Of a stretch of DNA of 61,427 nt, positions 37,790-45,943 are shown one piece after another (the first letter of the stretch is position 1; every line of letters begins with the position of its first letter). Under the pieces are notes generated by a model. That model worked only from the letters and a program-made list of their open reading frames with translations, was not told the DNA's origin and ran no database searches. Origin of the DNA: a virus; IMG/VR virus record IMGVR_UViG_3300045988_166584. One strand, given 5' to 3'. The position numbers and the translations under genes are program-made.

Positions 37790-38209
37790 TTAGAACAGGC
37801 TCATTTGTTGGACATTATCATCTGCTTTCTTTCGGACGTTTTTCTTCCTGAGTGTCTGGTATTGTTCTTCCGCTAGCCGTGCGATTGCTTTGTCACGTGC
37901 CGCTTTCTTATCTTCTTCGGTGAGTTCCACAGGTTTGGCGGAGGATGATACGGACGTTTTCTCTCCGGCAGGCAGCCGGTTTATTTTGATATCGTCCTCA
38001 TCATAGTAGTGCACTGCCATCCCGTAGACCTCCTCGTCTGAAATCGCTATGGCGTTACCACGCTTCCTGGCTTCACCCATGATATAACTACAGCATTCAT
38101 CAATACTTTTCTTCTCATTCGCATATTTGGGGGCGAACAGTGAATCTTCTTCCGCCCGTTTGTCCAGATAGGCTTTGATTGCCTGTTTGAAACTTTCATT
38201 ACTTGCCAT
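37790..38209 (-). CDS. PcfK-like protein
   Basis: 139 aa with the pattern FKQAIKAYLDKRAEEDSLFAPKY...CCSYIMGEARKRG...VYGMAVHYYDEDD, typical of PcfK-like proteins of Bacteroides mobile elements (from memory). Confidence 0.6.
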   Translation of the reverse strand: MASNESFKQAIKAYLDKRAEEDSLFAPKYANEKKSIDECCSYIMGEARKRGNAIAISDEEVYGMAVHYYDEDDIKINRLPAGEKTSVSSSAKPVELTEEDKKAARDKAIARLAEEQYQTLRKKNVRKKADDNVQQMSLF

Positions 38210-38240
38210 GGTTACTTAATTTTGAAGTGGTTGATAATAT

Positions 38241-39068
38241 TTATTTGTGATTGATTCTGATGTTATACTCGCATAAGAATTTTCCTATATCGTCGCTTGC
38301 TATATTGGGAGGTGGTGCATTATCTCCGTATATAGCCCGTATTGCATCCTCATTTCCCCCGTATGCCTTCCAATAGGTGTAGGCAGTATGGTTGTTGGGA
38401 ACGTTAGGAAAAAGTTCTGTGAAGGCGCTGAAATCGTTTTTAGCCTTTTTTTTGAGCTCCTGAATGTTTTTTACTCCCTCAATCATGGCGCACGCTGCAT
38501 CTTCTATCCGGGTGAAACCTTTTTGGGATTGTTTCATGGCGGTTTCATTGGACAGTTTGACGTGCTCGTCTCTTCTATCCCTGCAAAAGTCCGATAGGGC
38601 TACCATAATGGACTGGTTGTTTATCCTGTTTCCCCAGACGAACTGTCCACGGCTCCCGTTTTTAAGATGTGTGAAGAATATGCAAAGCTCGGCCAGATTG
38701 AGAAAATAATAGCTGGCCAATATGCTTAGCGCCGTTTCGGCAAGTTGTTGAGGTGCGATATCAATGTCTGCGTATCGGAGGATTGATTGCAGGTGCTCTG
38801 TGATAATCCTGACTGATGTGGCGTTGCCGAAGACAGCATTGATGTCCGCAAGGGTGGGAATACCCTCAATCCTGATTGCTTGTGCTAATGTCAGGTTACA
38901 ATTCAGCTGGGCTTGCGTGCCGGACCAGTTGTCAACCAATTGGGAGGCTGTTGATCCATTTCTCAAGATCTGCTGGAGCGGTGTCAGTGTCTCCGGCTTT
39001 TTCCTGGATTGGGGTATCTGTCCTGGGGACATTATCACAGTGATCTGTTTTTGAAGTCTTGTTTCCAT
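38241..39068 (-). CDS. Hypothetical replication-module protein
   Basis: 275-aa ORF. Its 5' 137 nt overlap the 3' end of 38932-39696 in another frame. Confidence 0.5.
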   Translation of the reverse strand: METRLQKQITVIMSPGQIPQSRKKPETLTPLQQILRNGSTASQLVDNWSGTQAQLNCNLTLAQAIRIEGIPTLADINAVFGNATSVRIITEHLQSILRYADIDIAPQQLAETALSILASYYFLNLAELCIFFTHLKNGSRGQFVWGNRINNQSIMVALSDFCRDRRDEHVKLSNETAMKQSQKGFTRIEDAACAMIEGVKNIQELKKKAKNDFSAFTELFPNVPNNHTAYTYWKAYGGNEDAIRAIYGDNAPPPNIASDDIGKFLCEYNIRINHK

Positions 39069-39696
39069 TTTGAAGTCTTTTTTCGATTATCCAAAGGTTG
39101 GCCCGGCTGTCCCATCGTTCAATTTTAGCCCCGTTGGTGTTTTTCCAGCTTAGCGCATCGAAGTGGTAGAAGAATATCTCTGCCTGCTGCTCCCAGTCCG
39201 GGAGCTTGTCACGGAAGTAATCTTTCACCTGTTCCAGGGTAGGGGCTATAAATTCGGTTTTTGGTTTTGAAGGCTTCTTTTTAGGTTTTTCCTGCTCGGG
39301 CTTAAATAACTCGCTAGAGTTATTATTATCTTTACTCTTAAGTCTTATATTAATGTTAGCCTTTTTACTTAAAGGTTTACTTAAGTCATTACTTAAGAGT
39401 TTACTTAAGGGTTTACTTAAATCATTTAAGTAATAAACGGGCGATTTCGCATTTTTCTTACCTGACTCAAACTGTAGTAAACCTTTTTGCTGTAATCTGT
39501 TCCTGACTTCAATTACGGTTGGTTCTGATATACCGGTTGCGAGGACGATTCGTCTGTTGGGACACTCAAACGGATTCTCCCAACCCCGACTATTGCACTC
39601 GTTCAAAAGGAAGAAGTACAAATAAACTTCGTTCGAGGAAAATGCTACACTCTGATGTGTCTTCCAAAATTGGTTTACGTAATCTATATAAGTCAT
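38932..39696 (-). CDS. Putative replication initiator / DnaD-like wHTH protein containing iterons
   Basis: The preferred start is ATG 39696 (MTYIDYVNQFW), which overlaps the VRR-NUC stop as ATGA. The wHTH-like segment is RRIVLATGISEPTVIEVRNRLQQKGLL, and there is a central LSKx repeat linker. Confidence 0.55.
   Translation of the reverse strand: MTYIDYVNQFWKTHQSVAFSSNEVYLYFFLLNECNSRGWENPFECPNRRIVLATGISEPTVIEVRNRLQQKGLLQFESGKKNAKSPVYYLNDLSKPLSKLLSNDLSKPLSKKANINIRLKSKDNNNSSELFKPEQEKPKKKPSKPKTEFIAPTLEQVKDYFRDKLPDWEQQAEIFFYHFDALSWKNTNGAKIERWDSRANLWIIEKRLQNGNKTSKTDHCDNVPRTDTPIQEKAGDTDTAPADLEKWINSLPIG
39365..39424. repeat. Five tandem 12-bp repeats (TTACTTAAGnnn); candidate origin iterons
   Basis: The core ttacttaa starts at 39365, 39377, 39389, 39401 and 39413. 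A degenerate copy lies at 39331-39342. Confidence 0.8.
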
Positions 39697-40055
39697 TGTA
39701 GGTAAGAATTTACTTCGTTTATAAACTCCTGTAGTGAATGGCAGATAACATACTTGTTTTGGTATCTCTCTGCTTCTGTCTGCCACGTTCGTTGGTGCTC
39801 GCTCTGTGTACCCTTCGGTGTCTTCATCTCTATGCAGAGGGAGGCCCATCCCTTTTTGGGTATGAGCAAAATCAAGTCTGCCACACCTCTCACTGCTCCT
39901 TCATACTTCATCCGTGCTCCTGTCTTGGCATCACGTTTGCCACCGTTGGGCACTGCAAAAAGCATACGAGCCAGTTTGGGATATTGTAATCGGAACCATA
40001 CCAAACAATCATGTTGTATTTGGCTTTCTGATAATGGTGTTGTCTGTTTTCTCAT
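39693..40055 (-). CDS. VRR-NUC domain nuclease
   Basis: 120 aa with GVADLILLIP...LCIEMKTPKGTQSEHQ (D...E-x-K). Confidence 0.7.
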   Translation of the reverse strand: MRKQTTPLSESQIQHDCLVWFRLQYPKLARMLFAVPNGGKRDAKTGARMKYEGAVRGVADLILLIPKKGWASLCIEMKTPKGTQSEHQRTWQTEAERYQNKYVICHSLQEFINEVNSYLQ

Positions 40056-41746
40056 ATTCTTCCGTTGAATAGGTTCATTGCCATATCTACCACATTCTCC
40101 TTAACCACATCATCCGTCCCTGTCACTCCGTTGGCTATTCCTTTTTTGGTCTGAATGACATCATACATATATTTGTCGATAGTATCCTTTCCAAGATAGT
40201 AGTAACAGTTTACGTTGTTCTTCTGTCCGTTCCGATGTGCTCGGTCTTCTGCCTGCTCACAATCGGAGAAAGTCCATGGGAACTCGATAAACGCCACACG
40301 GCTGGAAGCTGTCAATGTAAGACCTGTACCTCCTGATTTGTAGTTAAGGATGATCAGCTTGCAAGAAGGGTCGTTTTGGAAGCGGTCTACCGCTGTCTGT
40401 TTTTGAGTAGCATTGTCTTCGCCTGTAACGGTGACAGCTTCAGGGAATATCTTCTTTAATTCCTGTACTACTTCTTTCAGGTAAGCAAAGACTATCAGTT
40501 TCTCACCTCCGTCAATCACGTCATGGATGAATTCGGAAAAGACTTTGATTTTTCCCCTGGCTGATATGGCTTTCAATATTCCCATTTTCACCATTACTTC
40601 GCCTCTTAATGCCTTGGCCACCTTTTCATCGTCCGCATTCTTGTAAGTTCGGAGATACTGTATCAGGTCGGCTTCCGCTTTGTCGTATTCTTTGCGATTG
40701 GATATGTCCACCTCTATATATTGGCGTGACTTGTCCGGCAACTGAGTGAGTACCTTGGCCTTTTCGCGCCGGAAGAAGCAGGTCGATGATAACCTCCAGT
40801 TCAGTTCTTTCACATTGCTTGACTGTTTAGGTCCATCGCAGAACCTCTCTACGAAATACTTGTATCCTCCGAAATCCTCTAATCGTCCCATTATCTTGAG
40901 TTGTTGTATAAGGTCTGTATTGTTGTTCACTACTGGGGTTCCCGTCAGTTCCAAGATATATTCTTTGCCTTTACATATTCCTTCTACGAACTTGGATTGC
41001 TGGGTCTTGGTGGATTTGCACTTGTGTGATTCGTCAATGACTACGGATTTGAATAACGATATTCGCGGGTCAAACTCAATGGATTTCATGGTAAACCGTG
41101 CATCCTCCTTTACTTTAAGTACAAAAAACTTTTTCAGTGATTCATAATTTGTTATGAATATGTTGCAGCATTTAGTCTCAAAGAAACGGTGCCAACTGGC
41201 TTTATTGCGATCATCCAGAATCATGGCATTTTTTCCGGCAAATTTCTTAAATTCACGTTGCCAGTTTATTTTCAATGCGGCCGGACAAATGACAAGGCAC
41301 GGATACGCTTTTGCTATCGTAACCGTGCCTATTGCCTGTAATGTCTTTCCCAGTCCCGGTTGGTCCCCGAATATGCACCGCTTGTGCTGTAGCGCATAAG
41401 CGATGCCTTCTTTCTGATATTCGTACGGTTCTAACAGCAATCCGTGTGGAACCGTAAGTTTTGGAAGGTCGGGAATAGTATAGTCATTATACTCTCTTGT
41501 TGTCACTTTGTGCTGTACCCGGCTGCATATCCTTGTCTGTACCGCCCAATCTGCCATCATCCTCACGTATTCCTTATCTTGTAGAGAAACCTTCCAAGCT
41601 TTTTCGTCAGCGATATAGGCTGCCCGGATATTCTGTTTTACACTTGGAATCCGTTTGACCAGCTCCACTAATCTTGGATGATATGGGAAGGCTAGTTTGA
41701 AGCAGTTGGGGGTAGTAGTTACGCAAAATGGGGACGGCGGTATCAT
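40052..41746 (-). CDS. SNF2-family helicase
   Basis: Motifs GDQPGLGKT (I), VIDESHKCK (II), LTGTPVVNN (III) and QAEDRAHRNGQ (VI). Confidence 0.85.
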   Translation of the reverse strand: MIPPSPFCVTTTPNCFKLAFPYHPRLVELVKRIPSVKQNIRAAYIADEKAWKVSLQDKEYVRMMADWAVQTRICSRVQHKVTTREYNDYTIPDLPKLTVPHGLLLEPYEYQKEGIAYALQHKRCIFGDQPGLGKTLQAIGTVTIAKAYPCLVICPAALKINWQREFKKFAGKNAMILDDRNKASWHRFFETKCCNIFITNYESLKKFFVLKVKEDARFTMKSIEFDPRISLFKSVVIDESHKCKSTKTQQSKFVEGICKGKEYILELTGTPVVNNNTDLIQQLKIMGRLEDFGGYKYFVERFCDGPKQSSNVKELNWRLSSTCFFRREKAKVLTQLPDKSRQYIEVDISNRKEYDKAEADLIQYLRTYKNADDEKVAKALRGEVMVKMGILKAISARGKIKVFSEFIHDVIDGGEKLIVFAYLKEVVQELKKIFPEAVTVTGEDNATQKQTAVDRFQNDPSCKLIILNYKSGGTGLTLTASSRVAFIEFPWTFSDCEQAEDRAHRNGQKNNVNCYYYLGKDTIDKYMYDVIQTKKGIANGVTGTDDVVKENVVDMAMNLFNGRI

Positions 41747-42387
41747 GATGCAAGTTGTTTGACTTTACGTGGTTTACGTGATTTAATTTTCTTTCCGTTC
41801 ATTATTATGTCAACCCCTGCATCATTCATAGCCTGCTGGAATTCCGCAACCTCTTGATTGAAGTCTGTACCGGCTTCTGGAATGGCGTCCGGTTGTACGT
41901 CTGCGTTCGCCGTGTCTTCCTCAAACGGAAGTTCCTGTTGTACAATTCGCCATTTTTTGTTGAACAGATACTCTTTGACTTCGAACTCACAGGATTGGAT
42001 TTCCTGCTCCAACTCGAAGGCATTGATATACGATTCATTCTCATTATTGAACATGGTGAACGGAGCGCATAGGTTCAGAACTTTTCCTGTTTTGAGAAAA
42101 CGTTTGGCTACCAGAGTAACCCCTTCATTATCTCCATCTCCGCCAATGGAATATCCTGTAACGTCAAGCACCTGTCCTATGATATCAGGCACTTCATCTA
42201 CTGATTCTATACCGTCCACTTCTTTCTGTTCTGTAAGCAAAGCGGCGTGGGGATTCAGCTTGCTGAACGCATTGATAAGGTCTGATGTTACCAGGTTCTT
42301 GCCTTCTACGGTGGTTGTACCATTCTCATCCTTGTAGGTGGCCACCAAGGTACTGTCCTTGGTGATTTTAGCTTTTATGATCTTCAT
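41743..42387 (-). CDS. Hypothetical recombination-module protein
   Basis: 214-aa ORF with an acidic centre and a basic C-terminal tail. Confidence 0.45.
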   Translation of the reverse strand: MKIIKAKITKDSTLVATYKDENGTTTVEGKNLVTSDLINAFSKLNPHAALLTEQKEVDGIESVDEVPDIIGQVLDVTGYSIGGDGDNEGVTLVAKRFLKTGKVLNLCAPFTMFNNENESYINAFELEQEIQSCEFEVKEYLFNKKWRIVQQELPFEEDTANADVQPDAIPEAGTDFNQEVAEFQQAMNDAGVDIIMNGKKIKSRKPRKVKQLAS

Positions 42388-42812
42388 TATCTTCTATATT
42401 TATATTCGTTGACAAATTCGTTATAATAACGGTCTTCCGGAAGGGGAAGTGTTATTCCCAGTTCCGTGGCTGCATCTGCTTTGACCTTATTTAAAAAGTC
42501 CGTCATTTGCAGTGTGTTCAGTTTCGATGTGCTTCCGGCTATGACTGTTTCTTTTCCTTTGATAATGGTTGTCCTTCGTAGATATAGGTTGCAGTAATAA
42601 TCGTGTACGTCCTGTTTGTCCGTTCCTGTTTCCTGTTCGATACAGGTAAACCAAAGCCACATCAGGGCGTTTTGACTTAATGTGCGCGGCTCTGTGTAAC
42701 GTTCGATAATTAACCTGTAACGACCGTTACGGAGCTGCGAGCACATGAAATCAAAGGACTTGTTCAGTGTTACCACACCTTTTTCTTTTATAAGGATAGC
42801 TTCTTGTGCCAT
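42387..42812 (-). CDS. NinB/Orf-like recombination mediator
   Basis: RTLSQNALMWLWF matches the RSLDQNRKLWA core of lambda NinB. Confidence 0.6.
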   Translation of the reverse strand: MAQEAILIKEKGVVTLNKSFDFMCSQLRNGRYRLIIERYTEPRTLSQNALMWLWFTCIEQETGTDKQDVHDYYCNLYLRRTTIIKGKETVIAGSTSKLNTLQMTDFLNKVKADAATELGITLPLPEDRYYNEFVNEYKYRR

Positions 42813-43630
42813 TATTCCAGTCCGAAAATCTTCTTGTCCGTGATAGATTCTCTATTAGCTTCCAAAAACTCTATGAAATGTTCTACGTGTGCCGTGAGCA
42901 GTTTCACTGTCTGTTCGTGATTGTAAGTATAATATTCCGGATATTGCGTACCACTGATAAGCGGTGTGCGGCTGGTACCGCCTTTCAGCGCATAAGCCGT
43001 AAACTCAAATGCCTTTATGTTTTCCATCTGACCGGAAGCAATTAGGCAATAAGGGTAGACATGGCGCTGCCACCCGTGGGCGTATTTGCCGAACTCGTAT
43101 TTAGATGTGGATTTTATGTCATAAACAACATCCTTTCGGAGTTCGTCGATAAATCCGTATAACTCCACATTTCCGTACTGGGTAGGAAGAATGGCGGATA
43201 CATAGACCTGACTTAATGAGCCTTTGAAATACTCTGCCTGTTCTATACACCATTGTCTGTCGAAAAGGAAATGCCGTGCAGGTGCGATATCCGTTGCGGG
43301 GAAAGCTACTTGTATAGTATTGGTTTCCTTATCGCCAATGATGGAGTAGGGGGAACGCTCTGTCGGCACGTGATTTTCGCAATGGACATAGCAGTCAATG
43401 ATAGCATTGAAGGCTGTTCCCTTGTCGGCTGCTTCACTCTCAAACGGTACACGGTTGATAGCATCCAGAAGGTCTTGTTTCAGGCTCTCTTCGATTTCTT
43501 CCGGAGAGCGTTTATACTCTCCGGTTTCATTATCAATGTTCCAGAAGTTTTCCACTTCTTCATCAGCTCTCAGATACTTGTCGAATTTGTCAAGTAATGA
43601 GGGATAGATTCTATAACTAGGCTGCTTCAT
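42812..43630 (-). CDS. PD-(D/E)XK (RecB/Cas4-like) exonuclease
   Basis: 272 aa with GFIDEL...VVYDIKST (D...D-x-K), next to an AAA_24-type ATPase. Confidence 0.6.
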   Translation of the reverse strand: MKQPSYRIYPSLLDKFDKYLRADEEVENFWNIDNETGEYKRSPEEIEESLKQDLLDAINRVPFESEAADKGTAFNAIIDCYVHCENHVPTERSPYSIIGDKETNTIQVAFPATDIAPARHFLFDRQWCIEQAEYFKGSLSQVYVSAILPTQYGNVELYGFIDELRKDVVYDIKSTSKYEFGKYAHGWQRHVYPYCLIASGQMENIKAFEFTAYALKGGTSRTPLISGTQYPEYYTYNHEQTVKLLTAHVEHFIEFLEANRESITDKKIFGLE

Positions 43631-45584
43631 ATATTTTTTTTACTTTGTCGAATTTCAACCCTAATTCCTTGCATCTTTTATTCAGTAGCATACCTGCTTG
43701 TAATTTGCTGTCGAAGATATGCTGCAGGCTCTCCAGTGATTGTTTCACTTCGTTGGCCGTGTCCGCATCCGCTACCATGGCTATCTGTTCCTTGATAACT
43801 TCCATAAGACCTTCATATTCGGAGGACAGTTCTGCCTGTTTTTCCTGATAGGTCTGATAAGTGTTTACAATCTTTGTCATAAAGTCGTTCGGTCCGGTGA
43901 TTGTACCTTCTGCATTAATGATAACTGGTATCTTTATGCGTGCCGGAAGATTGCAGGTATTCTTACCGTAGAATTTCTCGCACGGATCAAAAGAGATGGT
44001 TCTGTCCTTACCTATGGCTTCCATATAGCCTACAAGATCAAGCTCTTTAATCAGGTCACCAGCAGAAGAACCTCCGATTTCAGGGCGTATCTGTTTGTCC
44101 TCTCCGTTCTTTTCCTCGCGTTCATGGGCTACGAATATTACTGATTTACCCATTAGTGTGACTTGATTTACGAAGTTGATGAACATGTTCTTTCGTACTC
44201 CGTATCCTTGCAGGGACAGTGTGCCGTCCGCTTTCTTCATTTTGGGATTGTTCTTCATTATATATTTATCCATGAAGGATAACATTTTTCCTGCCGTATC
44301 AATAACGATGGTCTTGTATTCGGCAATTTCTCCGCTCGTAAGAACTTCATCCACCTCTTCCCATTTGGAAATTTGCACGGTGTCTACACGGTGGGCTGCA
44401 TTCACACGGTGAACGCCACCGTCAAAATCAAGCAATAACGGTTTGGGTGAACTTAAAGCAAGTGTAGTGTTGTGAGTTACTATATAATCGTCAGTGACAT
44501 ACAATTCATCCTCATTAGATACCTTAATGCAGACACATTCACAATCTTCTACACGGGTCACATCTACTATATATCTAGATATAGTAGTTTTACTCCATTC
44601 AGAAGCTTTTCTTTCAAGACTGAAAGGGCATTCTTTGATTTTCACGCTAACACGGTATTCGTCCCCCTTATCTTCTCTTTCGTATACATGTACATTAGCT
44701 ATACCACCTAAAGAGTTAACAAGCTCCACCACATCATAAGCAAGATTCTTACTTGCAGTAGAAAAACAAACTCTATTTTTTATTGCACATCCATCTGTGT
44801 CCATAAGGCCGCGAAGCAAAGATATACGTTGTTGATGGCTTCCTAATTTGTAACAATCAGGGATAAATTTCTCTGTAGAATGGACGTTCAATCCTAACCG
44901 CTTTATTCTCTGAATATATCCTTCCCCATTGCCTGAAAGAATTATGCCGTATTGAGGGCATTGCGGTGCATCATTCTTACTCAAGGAATAGCCGTTCGGA
45001 AGCAGTCGTTCTACGTTGCTGGCTATTTGTGAATCTACATCAGGATTTGAGAATATTGCTACATTCCCCGTCAGAGAACCATCGCCGATTAAAACCCCAA
45101 GAATATACGGGTCAACATCATAACTCTTTTCAGTATATTCCATAGCATCTACTACCGGAATCTCAAAGCGTGGGATAGGTTTTCTTGTAGAAAGCTGTCT
45201 TGATGGAGACAAGGAGCAAGAGATACCCTTCGACATCATCTCTTTAAGGGTCATGTTTCTAAATCCTGCTTTACGGCTATTGCCAGTACTTGAACGAACA
45301 TTCCATATATGTTCTTCATCGCAATAAGTTATGGCTCCGTCATTTGTCATGACTCTGTACACAGGTCTTACTCCTTGAGGATAAACACCCAATACTTTCT
45401 GTTCTTTACCGTCACATCCCATCAGGGTGTCTCCTACAGATATATCGGATAACTTCTTATATCCTTCCGGTGTCAGAACGCTGCAATACAAAGGTTGAGC
45501 CTTTCCCATACCTGGTTGTCCGTAGATTAATGCCGACAGGGCATTCTTAACTGTCAGTTCGTTAGGTTTTTTGATAAGTCCCAT
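43617..45584 (-). CDS. AAA_24 / Sak4-like ATPase interrupted by an intein in the Walker A loop
   Basis: The exteins read LIYGQPGMGK | TTLALSSPKPLLLDFDGG, which rejoin to GQPGMGKTT. The preferred start is ATG 45584 rather than the track's TTG at 45590. Confidence 0.75.
   Translation of the reverse strand: MGLIKKPNELTVKNALSALIYGQPGMGKAQPLYCSVLTPEGYKKLSDISVGDTLMGCDGKEQKVLGVYPQGVRPVYRVMTNDGAITYCDEEHIWNVRSSTGNSRKAGFRNMTLKEMMSKGISCSLSPSRQLSTRKPIPRFEIPVVDAMEYTEKSYDVDPYILGVLIGDGSLTGNVAIFSNPDVDSQIASNVERLLPNGYSLSKNDAPQCPQYGIILSGNGEGYIQRIKRLGLNVHSTEKFIPDCYKLGSHQQRISLLRGLMDTDGCAIKNRVCFSTASKNLAYDVVELVNSLGGIANVHVYEREDKGDEYRVSVKIKECPFSLERKASEWSKTTISRYIVDVTRVEDCECVCIKVSNEDELYVTDDYIVTHNTTLALSSPKPLLLDFDGGVHRVNAAHRVDTVQISKWEEVDEVLTSGEIAEYKTIVIDTAGKMLSFMDKYIMKNNPKMKKADGTLSLQGYGVRKNMFINFVNQVTLMGKSVIFVAHEREEKNGEDKQIRPEIGGSSAGDLIKELDLVGYMEAIGKDRTISFDPCEKFYGKNTCNLPARIKIPVIINAEGTITGPNDFMTKIVNTYQTYQEKQAELSSEYEGLMEVIKEQIAMVADADTANEVKQSLESLQHIFDSKLQAGMLLNKRCKELGLKFDKVKKIYEAA
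44469..45500 (-). mobile_element. Intein with a LAGLIDADG homing-endonuclease domain
   Basis: The N-terminal block is (AQPLY)CSVLTPEGYKKLSDISVGD. The LAGLIDADG blocks are LGVLIGDGSL and LRGLMDTDGC. The C-terminal block is YIVTHN followed by a +1 Thr. Confidence 0.8.
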
Positions 45585-45617
45585 AATCAATAATTTTTAG
45601 TGGTTAATAAATGAGTT

Positions 45618-45658
45618 AAAAAAAATAGTTCCCGGATAGTCGGCCAGGACACACCGGG
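45618..45658 (-). terminator. Rho-independent-type terminator ending the tRNA-like transcription unit
   Basis: On the minus strand, a CCCGG...CCGGG stem with an inner GTC/GAC helix is followed by AACTA and T8. Confidence 0.55.
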
Positions 45659-45826
45659 ATAAATAAGGATATAGAATATAACATATAAAGAGGGCTCTCA
45701 CCTCACGCTGTCCTTTCCAGCGGCTTTGGGTTAAATTATTATCTAACAAATTGCTCTCTGCTTCACTGCCTTGAAGTCTCTAACATGGCTACGTTTAAAG
45801 GGTGTACGGCTCCCTCTCTTTGGGTG
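45659..45826 (-). ncRNA. Candidate structured RNA downstream of the tRNA-like gene
   Basis: There is no ORF. Structure includes a long-range pairing AGAGGG (about 45812) with CCCTCT (about 45692), plus hairpins CTTCA-N6-TGAAG and CGCTG-GAAAGGA-CAGCG. Confidence 0.4.
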
Positions 45827-45936
45827 TGGGTAATACAGGATTCGAACCTGTATCTGTATTCCTCCTGAAAACAATCACAAACCGTCTGAACGTAAAGAAA
45901 AAAGTGAATACCGCTTTTCCATTAAGCTAATTACCC
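45827..45936 (-). tRNA. tRNA-like gene with 46 nt in place of the 7-nt anticodon loop
   Basis: Hand-folded on the minus strand: acceptor GGGTAAT/ATTACCC, U8 A9, D arm GCTT-AATGGAA-AAGC, anticodon stem GTATT/AATAC, variable loop AGAT, T arm ACAGG-TTCGAAT-CCTGT, discriminator A. There is no encoded CCA and no clean anticodon hairpin. Confidence 0.6.
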
Positions 45937-45943
45937 GTGTGGC

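Noticed and set aside
39365-39424. Short regularly spaced repeats that could look like a mini CRISPR array
   Set aside because: The units are 12 bp with only 3-4 variable nucleotides and no spacers. They lie in frame inside a CDS (an LSKx peptide repeat) and no cas genes are present. They are interpreted as iterons or a coding repeat.
39697-39849. N-terminal extension of ORF 38932-39849 (305 aa)
   Set aside because: The extension overlaps the VRR-NUC gene out of frame and looks non-protein-like. ATG 39696 gives an ATGA-coupled start and begins a plausible domain (MTYIDYVNQFW).
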